Below are positions 25,001-37,300 of a stretch of 64,000 nt of DNA, piece after piece. Origin of the DNA: Lingula anatina (Eukaryota; Animalia; Brachiopoda); the NCBI GenBank assembly GCA_051362555.1, contig CM120643.1, positions 9,114,001 through 9,178,000 on the forward strand, written 5' to 3'. The translations under genes were made by a program, and so were the position numbers. The notes beneath the pieces were generated by a model. That model was not told the DNA's origin. It saw only the letters and a program-made list of their open reading frames with translations, and did no database searches. Numbering within the stretch: position 1 is the first letter of the stretch; each line of letters opens with the position of its first letter.

Positions 25001-26647
25001 TTTTGTATCAGGAAGGTTCAGCTGAATGGAGAGAACGAAAGGAAGCTTTTGGTCGCAATGTATGAAACAGTTGCGTGCATCGACACTCAAAGAGCATTCG
25101 ATTCCCTGCAAGCATGCCAACCAGGCGAATGTAACCACGCTGATCTGCGACCGGATGCGATGATCACAGCGCCTAGGAAAGCCAGCGTTCCTGTTTGTTC
25201 GTGGGAGAAGGGGTTCTATTTTCCACTATTAGAGAATGGCAAAGTGGCCACTGTCAATACTGACAACCACATTGAATGTTTTGGTGATACCGCCCACGGT
25301 AACGCACATCGGTTTTTAGTTACTGCTATGAAAAAGATAACCCATGAGGAAAAAGATTATTTCCTCTCTGGGACGGACAGTGGCGACATTCTTCTTTTGA
25401 AAAGAGAGGAAATGGCGTCAGCGCCTGTTGCTATGTCCAAACCAAAGGTGGATGGTATCGAAATTGAAGCCAAAGTCACGTCTCTTTCTTGGTGCGGACG
25501 CACCCTAATCTCTGCCCCGGTGTGTTGTGCGGGTTTTCAAAGTGGTGATGTCTGCATATGGCAAGACATAAGCATAAACGAAATGTCTATAAGTCCTAAA
25601 AGACGTAGCATTCAAGAGAGCATCACAGCTCGTCTTGTCAACAGCTTCGGGAATGAGGCTAATGTCTTGGTGGAGATTGTTCGACATGGAAATCAACAGC
25701 GCCAAGAAGGTGAATCCATAGCTGTGCTGTCGGTGTACATCCCGCTCGACACTGGTGCTGAACCTCACCTCATGATCCACAGTGTGTCCCTAAATACGCC
25801 TGGACAACCGCGGCAATTAAAAAGTGTTATTTTACATGACCATATACCCACATGTTTGCTGCAGTTACCTGGATCCAGGATTGTGGTCGGCAGCAGTGCC
25901 AGCACTTTTTTCATTTATGAATTTCATAAACTTGAACTGCAAAACCCACTAGAAATTTCTACAACTCACCGTAATGGCGTTCGCTCGATGGCAACGTTGG
26001 ATGACAGTGAACCCTACGGGTGTATATTAGCCACGGCAGGTTTTGATAACCTTATTATAATTTGGGACAGGGAGACGTTGTTACAGTTAAAGATTATTAC
26101 AGTTGATGACTTTGTGTCACCAAGGGAATTTGCCTTTTGCAACAATCACTTGACAGCACCGCGAGCTTTCTACGATTGTTACAATTTTGTCGATTTTGCC
26201 GTGGACATAGAAGCCGAGCATCCGACAGCCAAATGTACGAACAATATGTTTGGTATCAAACAAGACTTTTCACCAGTTATGGCCTTGACAGTAAATGGCT
26301 CCCGGGTTATATCGGAAGATATAAAACTCGGATTGAAGGCATGGGATGCTCAGACAGGTGAAGAGTGGTTTACTGTTCAGGACAAAAAAGTCAAACACAA
26401 AAAGAACTTGACGAGCATCGTCAACATGACTGACGACACCTTTGTGACAAGTTCGTACGACACTACCCTTAAACTCTGGAAGACGGACACTGATGCTGAA
26501 GGGGAGTGCAGGGCCGTTCTGTTAAAACAGGTACATCTTGACCATGCAGCTACTTCCATGTCCTTTTGCAAGACCACCAGCACCCTTGTTCTGGGATTGC
26601 ATAGCGGAGAGGTAGCTTTCGTCCATGTCGCACCTGAGGTAATTTAA
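22020..26647 (+). CDS. APAF-1-like STAND protein: NB-ARC + helical domain + WD40 propellers, in one giant exon
   Basis: ORF 21905-26647 with a likely acceptor tttcatttcag|22020. Walker A GIHGPGGVGKT, Walker B LIVLDDVW, sensor-1 YTTR, GLP and MHDIV motifs, helical domain LTNYEWLRQKL, and many WD repeats (SLDHTVKVW, SADATIKFW, SEDGTVCVWD, SFDGTLKLWD, SYDTTLKLW). Confidence 0.93.
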
Positions 26648-26763
26648 CTGCAGCCAATTGCAGAGATGTGACAAAGGGGTTAATGTCTTCGAAAAGTAAT
26701 TTTTGTGAAACGGGGTAAATTGTTGTTGGAAATACTACGTATTTTTCCACTATAAAACATATA

Positions 26764-28423
26764 CAGGGTTGCTACTTAATATGGAATATTTTTATCATTG
26801 TTATTTTTGAGTGCTGATTGAATTTTTTTTTGGCTTGAATCATTAAAAAAGTATGTCACTGAGTGATAATAACATCCAGTCTTCTGTTGTGAGATATTTT
26901 GGTCAATAATATCAAATCTGACATTAGGTGCCATTCAAAAGAAAGGAACACCCCCAGAAAACCATATCAACAGTTTGATGTCAGTATAAACTTTAAGATA
27001 AGATATTAAAGAAAATGATAGCCTCCGGACAGTGATATGTTACACAGACAAAGAACTCACTACAGTAAATCATGAAAAGTCAGTAATTGCGAGTATGACC
27101 TCCAGCAGCCGCTTGCAGCGCCCTCATCCCACATGGCATACCCTGTGACACGTTTTTTAGAGTTTTGGTGGGGATTTCATTCCACACAGTGATATTTGCC
27201 TATCGCAGTTTATCACTATTTACCGGCCGAGGACCCTGGCTATTAATTCTGTGAGTTACATCCGCCCACAGATTTGCAATTGGGTTCATATCTGGACAGT
27301 TTGCAGGCCAGGGCAGTTGCTGAACACATTGGTTTTGAAGAAAAACAGTGATTCTGAGGCCTCGATGTGGGGTTGCGCAGTCGTCTCGGTACACAAAGTT
27401 GTTCCTGAAGATGACTCTTACCAATCGAAGCATTGTTTGCTGTATAATGTCTCTGTAGGAATCCTGGATGAGGTTGCCTCCTAGAAAAACCAACTGGTTC
27501 TGGGCACCGACATGAAATGCTCCCGAAACAGAGACGTTACCATCCCCTGCTTGCACCCTAGGCAGTACACAATCATTGTTTTATGCCCCTCGTACACGTC
27601 CGTGGACACGGATTCGATGATCAACCCTAAAAAATCCATATCTGGCCCCATCACTGAAAACGACGTGATTCCAGTGTTTTGGCTGCAAAAGCACGTGGTC
27701 CCCAGCCCATTGCAGACGTTGCTGTATATGACCTGCTGTTAACAGTGGTTTCTCTACTGGCCTTCGTGCAAAATAACCGGCTTGCAGAAATATCTTGTTC
27801 ACGTGGGACCTTGAAACGGGCGTTTGAAAGACATTCTGCCTCTCTTTTCTGAGGACACTGGTTGTCTTTGTACGACCAGCACGGCGTCCTCTAAGGAGAT
27901 GGCGATCCTGTCTTCTTGGTGTGATACGCGGATACCCTGGTCGAGGTATTGGAGTAGGTGTCCCTGTTGCAGCATTTCTTTGGAGGACATCACAAACGGT
28001 TCCTGATAAATGTTGAATTACCTGGCAATGGCTGTCCGTTTCTGGACATTTTCTCTGAGAGCAAGAATCCCATAGTAAGCTGCGTTGCTTAGCTGTCGAA
28101 TCATATCTTCATTAAGGTACCTGTCAAGTTTCAGAGCGATCCCTTTGTTGCTTCTCTAAACACACCTCAAAGATTGACCAAACCCATGGGTTTTTATACA
28201 ATGGCAGAAATTGCCGAAAAGACCACCCCTCACATTTCTGACCACAGAACATGCAACTGCATGCACCAATTGTTTCGAGAGTTGTGTGGTAATGAGGTAA
28301 CACACCTGGCTACGCATGGAGTAACACCTCAGCTTTGGATTTAAAGTAGTTAGAGAGAAATTAAATATTTTGTAGAAAATTTACTCGCCAAAAAAGAATA
28401 TTCCATATTTAGTGGTAACCCTG
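26764..28423 (-). mobile_element. Tc1-family transposon, decayed (1,660 bp)
   Basis: TA|cagggttgctacttaatatggaatatt ... aatattccatatttagtggtaaccctg|TA; frameshifted transposase pieces ARRPVEKPLLT, HWNHVVFSDG, YRDDCATPH, WPANCPDMNPIANLW (DD34E spacing, E mutated to A). Confidence 0.92.
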
Positions 28424-31354
28424 TATGTCATATTGTTTGAAGAACGAAGTCCATTTTATTACTGTCTATATATCACAGAGATAAGTAAAAATGTAAATAT
28501 AAATTGATAAACGGGGATAATTTTTGTTATGTTTACTCTCGTGTTTTCTTTTTTTTTTTCAGTTGTTAAATGGCACTAGACCTGCTGTTTTTTAGCGTCT
28601 ACACTTTCCTGGTATTGCCTCCATACAAGTATGATCAGTCGCTGTGATGCAGTTTGTACATGCCAGTCAAGGAAGGATCGAAATCTAATTAACGACCATC
28701 ATGTTTATTATATATTACGTAGACATTGTCCGTTAAATTTTTTTTTTTTTTTTTTTTTTTTGTAACATATGTACATCCAGGGTGCTTTATTTAAAAATGG
28801 AAGACGTAGAATTGTTGTTTAGTATAGGTAGAGGCCTTTTTAAAGGTACGCGCATTTACGTCTATGTGGCTGAAATTGACTACATATTTTCCCTCAGAGT
28901 TCATTCTTGCAATGTTCCAATGCAGTATTTGATCCGAATAAGTAATACAGGTTAAATTAACGAATATTTACTACGGTGTTGTCGTTTAATACACATGGGA
29001 ACACATGTACAGTGTGTAAATAATGCTTTGTTTAGACATATATTATTTTGTGTGTGCATAAAGTGTACGGCAGCATATAATGGATACCAGTATGAACCTC
29101 CGAGTTAAGCACTTTCGAACCTGGTGTGACGTCAAAGAAGTGGTATCACCCTAGGTACCGGTATATGGTCAGATTGACTGAACCCAATGGGGTGTTGACG
29201 TGTATGTGGGTGACAACTTCGGTATACGTCTTCAAACATGACTTTCATTAACTCTCTTGTTCTTTCTTAGTATTTAGAATAACATGGTTTGTTTGATCTT
29301 TTTGTCTAGGGGTAGGCTTTTTCAGACAAATTGGCCAAGCGGAGAGGCCGGAATTAGATAGCAATGAGACGAATACCTATACTAGTGCGTGTAGTTGAGA
29401 GCTCAACAATACCAAGATTGGATTGGCATTTTAACATGCGTAATTTTGATTGTTGTATTTTTGCTATTGACTTTTTTATACAAAGAAAGTCATAAAATGA
29501 GTTTTTATACAAAGTGCAATAATTTTAAATATACGTGTGCCATTTTCCGTGTTTTTTTTTTTTTTTTAAGTTTTGAGTCATAACTTTTGAGTCATAATAG
29601 TAATGGAAGTAAAGATTACAGAATCTCGCTATAGAAATTGAAAATGGGTTTATAGTTATTATTTTTTAACAGTTTTGAGCACAACTATCGGTCTTAACAC
29701 GTACCCCTGTATTTGGTACATAGCCTAATGTTCAAATTTCCTGGCACTTTTTTTGGGCAAATGAAAGTTTAGCGGTCGTTGTGTGCCTTAAAGTATTTAG
29801 CAGCCTTGATCGTTTAAGGGATATGCAGTGCGATGAGAAATGTTTGTCGTTTTGTTCCTTATTTTACAAAAGTACTGGATATTTTTATTAGGCAAAGATT
29901 TTGTTATTATTTTGCCGAGAAAACAGAGAGTTTCATTGTGATATCCGATTCCGATCCTACATATTATGTTGACAAATGCCTTTCTCGATTTATTCAAGTT
30001 ACATGTGTGCAAGGGAATTCGCTTGCTTAAAATAAAGTTGCATCAAAAACATGCAGTGCAAAATTGTATTTCCATTTGTTGACTATAAATTTTCTTGCAA
30101 AACTCTATTCAAAGAACATGTTACATCGCGATCTTAACTAATGGTCAAACATACAAGCTATTAAATAACAGTGACTATAATGTGGCATAACATCAGGCTA
30201 GATTTTTAATTTCATATTTCTTATTATCAAAATATGTATGTAGCCCTGCCTCGTTATTTTTCAATTAGTTACCAAAAAGACGCTTCAAGTGTATATTAAA
30301 ATGAATTTTAAAATGGCGATGATTTTTTTTACAAATTTCAATGGCACTTTGAACTTATTTTTATTGTTTTTTTTTTAAATTTTTTATAGGTGGTAACTGA
30401 AACTGAAATCAACTATCGAAAATACGCTCAAAATATGTTTTCAATTTTTCGCCAATAATTTCTTCCTCTAAATTACAGGGTATTCTCTCCTACAGTCTGC
30501 TGATATGTATATTCTCCTCTACTGCACTTAATCTTCGTGATCAGTTCACCACGATAGCTATGCATTAATTATGGTTCTTATGATATCTATTAGGTACATT
30601 AATATCACGGGAACGATATTCCCTTTTTACTTTAACATTTTTCCTACAAAAGAGTCACTTCAAAAAGTTACGAAAGTGATCAACGTTTTATCACCGTTGT
30701 GCTACCTGTAAATTACTAACAATGGTGCGCTGCTCGTGTTTTTGGGAGTGTGACGTGTCTCAATGTACGCTACGCTTCCATCTGTAACAATGCAGTCTCT
30801 CTTACAATAAATGCTAATATCTTAGAACTGGAAGATACAAATCATCTGAGTACGACATAACTGGATTGAATCTCCGATTGTCTCATTCGCAAGATCTTAG
30901 GAAATAATACCTACTGCACGTACATGTATTTCTATCAAGACATTGTGGATGTCACCTTTAATTCTTCTCAGCCTTATTTCAATGCAAGATGGCTCCCGAC
31001 AGTTTAAATCCACAGAAATACCCCAAATAACATGCAGCACGTACATATATAACTTTGCAAATTAAAAAAAAAAACATCAAAATTATAAACTACCTTGTAT
31101 AACTGATGACTAGTAACACTTGTCTTGTTTTATGAAGTTTAATACGACCACAACATCCGGGCACTTCTTATATACAAATCCAATGAATAATAGAAAACAA
31201 TCTGCCAACCGGATGACTGTATTAGGCATTTAAATCTTTGATGATTGTATACGATAGCTACATCTGAAACTGGAAGCATTCTTTTACTGCGTATCTAATA
31301 GAAGACGATCTAACAGACGATCTAAGAGGTGCACGCGTATGTTCTATCCACCTC

Positions 31355-34300
31355 ATGGATAGACAATGTAATGTCTTAGTTTCAGCGGCTTCCTTCTTGG
31401 TGCTTCTCCTTCTTTCGGGCGAGATATTCTCGGTAAGTAAACGTTTGGAGAATCTCGAATTTGATAGTTTTTATTCTATTAAACGACATTCGGTGGTATT
31501 GTTGAAAGAGCATAGCAAATTTCTATCAGTAATGTACGTTTCGATAAACAACCACTGGTATTCTTTTACAAGTTATGTTTTGAAGCTATTTAAAAGTATA
31601 TATAGGCCTATCACCCATCCTTGAAGTTTCTTTAAGTCGATTTTTATGCCGCTGACGGTTTTCAGGAAATCTAGAAACGATATTCTACGTTATCAATCTG
31701 CGCAAACACATATAGAACCATCGTTATTTTACATGTCCGTCGGTATAAAGGTCTCCCTGTTTTAAAAAATGTTAAATGAAGAATTATCGAACGTAATACA
31801 GATGCTCAGGCACCTCTTGCACATTTGGTTTACGCAATTTTCCTACACTAAAAGAAGAACCAGTGATGGGGAAAATGATTTTATTTGGCCGTGATAAGGC
31901 CTCGGAGTTAGGTAAAGGATAACACTCCCTAACGTTGAATAATGTATCATTTTACAGACAGATGGAGCTGTTGTCAAGATGGGCCAGACGAGCCGCTTGT
32001 CGGACAGAGAATGCAAGACCATAGCAGAGAGAGGAGGGAAAATAGTGCGACGTCAAATCGTGGGAAACGTTAGTACACATTCTGGTTAGAACTAGATTAG
32101 ATTAAACTGATAAATTAAAATATTTAAAGCTACGTCGTATAGAACGTAGGCACGGCAGATGTGAAATATAACCACAGCACATAGCAAATGATTAACTCAA
32201 AGTCGGATAAACAGAAGCCGCCCGCATTGACTAAATAATAAATTGACTGATCTGAAGGCTGGTCGCCTTAGAAACACTGTCTAAGCGTAATATTAAACAA
32301 AAAGATGTATTTTTCTACGTCATTTCAGTAATTCCCTCCTTATGTCATGTGTCTGTGAGAAGTTAGTCATTTTATTGAGGTTATATCATGTGATTCATAT
32401 TTGAGGATCTAAATTCAAAGGTGTGTTTATTTTTTAACTTAAGACGAAAAAAACTACAAAACGTATTGTTTGACTGCTTCTTTATTTGGTTGAGGGACAA
32501 TGGCAATCAGAGGAATAAGCTTAAATTCCACTTATAGGAATCTTACTGGACATTTTTTGAATTATCAGAATGGAGTTTGACAATGTTGAGAGGGCGAGGG
32601 GGGGGGGGGGGGCACACGGTATGCTCTCGTACCAATTATTCACCATGCCTAACTCACATGTTTAATGCATATGATATATGCCTAAGCTATCAATATCCAG
32701 CAGTGCACATTGTGACATCTGTTTTAAAAAAGATATCTTAATCAAGGTAGAGTGCTAGGTACACACATGTACACTCCTTAGTAAAACATGGTAAAAATGC
32801 TTTTCACAACCTTTGATGGCACAATGTTTTATAATATAATGCTTGGAAGACCCACCGGAATTTGTTTCATCGACAAAACAGCAACAGATTTTTGCCATAG
32901 CAAGTTTTTCTAAGATTTAGAAAATGCCTTTCTACTATAAGCCTGTCGAATTTGTATACAACAGGAACAGTCCGCATGAATTTGAAACTAATTCTTGTAA
33001 AAAGTACATTTTTCATTTAAGTGCCTGTTCAAATCTTTATTTGTTTTCTGTTCGATACGGTTTGTCTTTCTAAACCATTGAAATGAAATGTGATAATGCT
33101 GATGTCGAAAGGTTACAATTTTATGAAAACTGATAACACGTTAAAGGGATAAAACTCTTCGTATGAGATCTATATTTCACAATAAAAACATTGTGAATAA
33201 CTTATAGAGATATAACATATTCTCTTTTACGACAAAAACAGCAGTTATAGCTATTATTCTGATATCTGAGCTTGTCTGCAAATCACGTGGCCTCCATTGA
33301 TGGCTATCCTCTTTTATAATCTCTGAGGGGATTTTAACAAAAAAAAACAAATTTTTTAGAAAAAAAAAACAGGGATAAACTTTGAATGTAAAAATGGATT
33401 CATTAACCATTGGTAAGTAAGAGAAAATTGTGGTTTACTCCTGGAAAATTGATTTTTTGCCAAAACGAAGAGTTATTATCCCTTTAACATGATTAAGGGC
33501 TGTATTTTTTTTCATTTACTCTGACAGCTTCTTTAATAGACAGTATATGAGCAATTTACTGAATTATGCTTTCCAATAACAATTGATTGCCTTTTTTCTC
33601 TTTCTCTCGCCGAGCAGATCTCGTGTAACGGATCTGAAGACTGCCCTGACGGATGCTGCCGTGACACCGCAGGAAACAATGTGGAGAACGGGCAGATCGT
33701 GTCGACACTTCTGGACGGTATACTCACAGGTAATGGGACAGCTAGTGTTGTTTAAATTACACAAAGGGACGTACTTAACAGGTTAGAGTAAGCAATGACA
33801 TTTGCATGCATTAATTATCTCTATTCTACCGAGGCCTTGTAACTCAAAAGGATCGCGTATTGCGAATGGTGATATCAGATAGAGGCTACAATGTATTATA
33901 TGGGGCGAGTGTGGGCGAGTTATGAAATCGAGACGCTTGCGTTCGGTCGCAATGCGCGATGCTTTCGAGTTACGGGGCCGGGTTGTCTCAAATGGTGGCA
34001 ATCGCCGTTTTCACCAAATAAAACTGCTTTGACGAACGAATTAGGTAAAACAATTAGTTGGAATGAAAGCTATTATGACATGGATATTTAAATCTTGTAA
34101 ACAGAAATATTTGTAGCCACACTGCGTTTATTTCGGGAACAACGAGATCATTATATAACAAATAATCACGTGCACTTGCTACCACGCAAGAGCGAACACC
34201 CAGATTTTTCAATATTTTCTTCACACAACGTAATCAATGCACTGTTCAAATGTAAACCTGATAGCTTGTTGATAAATTACAGGGAGAAATACAGATGGAG

Positions 34301-37300
34301 ATCATATACAATTTGCTTTCAGAACCCATTGGTCAGCCAACGTGTGGAAACGTGTCTGTGGAGTGCGAGCCATGTAGTGATGACTGCAGCTGTGCTCCGG
34401 GTAGGATACGTTTACCCTATCATCATTTTTTTTTTGCATTGTAATGTCTAGACCTCATGGATGTTCTACATATACCAAAGAGTTAAAACTGTTGTGTGCC
34501 ACAGCCAAAATCACGTAGTAAAACTACTGAACTGAAATGGGTTGCTTTTGAAAAATTGATTTTATTAGTTTGGACATTTCTCTATCCTGATGTTTATTTT
34601 GAACTATATAAATTAAAATGGTTAAGGGACCCCATGCACTGTAAATACTGGTACACACACTGTAAATAAGTGTCACAGGACATTAATGAGATTATAACTG
34701 CTATTTTGTACAGTACAAGAAATATATGAGTGATTATATTCATGCCGTATCAATAATACTTACTATATATGTGTGTTTTTATATATGACAAGCGCCCTTG
34801 TTACTGCAGGTTTGGTGTGCCAGGCCCCGTCATTCCCTTCTAACGTCTCCCTGATCTGTGTCTCTGACGCAGCCTACGATGAATATGAAGACATCTTAGA
34901 TGGTGGCAACCTCTATGACCACACCAGTTTCCCGTGGAACAATACCGAAATCGAGGAAATCATCAACGGCACCAAGGAAAAAATGACGACACTGGAGGAC
35001 ATGTTCGAGGACATGATGAAGCTAGCCCCACAGACGAACTGCACCGAATGGGAGTGGGAGTTCACGTGGGACTGGGACGAGGGAGGTACCACACCCGCTG
35101 GGACAACCACCCCGGGGACGCTTAGGCGAAGACGCCGTTGTGTTAGCTCCATTGAGTCGCTGACTTTAACGACCACGGAGCTCCCAGATCCTGATTGGTC
35201 ACAATTGAAAAGAGACACCGATGACGAGATCAAGAGCGTTCTTCTCTCGGCTCTTTACGAACGTCCAATCAGTATGAGGAGGAAACGGCGAGCGCGCCTT
35301 CGAAAGAAGCGGGACCTGCAGATGCGGGAATCTCGAGATGTAAGCAATTCTATTCCATTGACCTCAAGTAATACAGGCACAGGCACACTTCAGGTGGAAC
35401 AGAATGTAGTGGAAGGACAAGCAGACGTGACAACACCCTTTACAAGCCAACAGATATATTCCAGTGCCGACAATGTTGGAGAACTACCCCAGCCTGGCAC
35501 AATGTTCACTGACGTTGAAGAAGAGGGCCTAGGTGGTAATGCCATTGTAGCGGATGTCCCAGAAAAGAATACTGCATTAATTAACTCAAATGGTTTTATT
35601 GATGGTGCAGAGAACGACGTTTCAAATGGGCAAGCTATATTAGAAGACGACACCAAGACCAGCGATTTCAAAGAAACTGAGGGCACTGCTGAATTATTGT
35701 CTGAGGATTCAGAGGCTGGATCTCACTCAGCTAGGACCGACGCCAGTGGCCTGGACGGCTTATTGGTTGTAGAAGATGACACAACAACCACAGTCTTGCC
35801 TCTTCAAGCCACAACACCGATGAACAATGGTGAACTTTACTCCATCCTGGAGACAGAATCTCCAGAAATCCCTGATAAAGATCTGATGGAAATTTTCTTT
35901 GGGCATTGGGACCAGACGAAGGGGTCTTTGTACTCAGAGGTTGACGAAACAGATCCAGGAACGGATTCTCGAAATCAGGAAAAAGGAAGTATGATTATCG
36001 AGGATGATATGACAACTGCTTTACCATGGTACCAATATTCAACTCCCGGAGACGCTTACATGGCTTACTCAACCACTGGAGGTGCTGCGGGGGTAGCAAC
36101 CCTGGACGATGATCCAATTCAAACCTCAAATGCTGGAGTAGCAACCTTGGATGATGATCCAATTCAAACCTCAAATGCTGGAGTAGCAACCTTGGATGAT
36201 GATCCAATTCAAACCTCAAATGCTGGAGTAGCAACCCTGGATGATGATCCAATTCAAACCTCAAATGCTATAAAAGACGGCGAGGCGACAGTAGAGGACG
36301 ATACACCACAGCTACCAGAAATGACCGAGAATGATATGGAAAGTGATAACACCATCCTGAAATTCCAGGCGCATGATCAAGAAAGTTCGGTCTTACCCAA
36401 ATCTTCAGAGGAACTGCCTTTCCACGAGAAAAACTATGGCGGAGAGGCAATACTACAAGATAACCCAGTTAAGAGAGAAACTGAAAATGATTATGGTAGG
36501 ACAAGCGGCGTTGCAGTGGTTCAAGATAACCAAATAACCCCTGAGCAAAAGGGCAGTCCTATGAACAGTTTTTCGTTTTCTGAGAATGGCGAGCCCAACG
36601 GACACGCTGTTCTAGAAGATGACATGGCGGAACCAATTTTACAAAAGGAGAGCCTACCAAGTGGAGAGCCTACATTGATCTCTGAAGGGCCGGCGGCACC
36701 TTTGGAAGAACCTCCTCTATACAAGGGGGCCTCGTTCATGGGAAATGTTGCTACACCACCACTTTTAATTCAGCAAGCTCCCTCATTGCTGTTTTCTATT
36801 TTCAAATTCCAATTTTCGCTTTTGAATCCATTGTATGCCAAGGTGGAAGTCTCATATTCCCAACCACACATTCAAAAAGAGCTGATAGAACCCAGTGGAA
36901 ATGCTGGAATACCTTCTGATGAAGATAATTTGTCCAATGTTAGGGAGGGTGAGACCGCCGGCCAAGCAGTTATACAGGACGAGATAGCAATACCAGAGGA
37001 AAACCAACAAAGGGAACAAAGCGGGGAAGCTAATGTCTATTCCAATGAGGAAAATGTTGGCCCCGATTATCCTGCAGACAGTCAAAGAAATTTTGAACAA
37101 CTGCCTGTGAGACAAAGGAGAGATGTTGATCTTGCAGCTCTACCTGGAGAAGTGTCTCCTCTGCTTGGAATGCTGCGGGATTTCAGTCAAGATTTCTCTA
37201 ACTCTGATAATTCGATTCAAAACCGTGATTCAAGTGCATCCAGCAGCACTGCTGATGATGATGATGATGATGACGATGAAGCAACTTTACAAGATGAACC

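Noticed and set aside
22038-26750. Short antisense and alternate-frame ORFs inside the large exons (also 34913-39281)
   Set aside because: Shadow ORFs of the real coding frame with no recognisable motifs.
34773-34809. Start of the 1662-aa ORF
   Set aside because: Non-ATG start lying in an intron; the acceptor is at 34809 and the signal peptide comes from exon 31355-31432.
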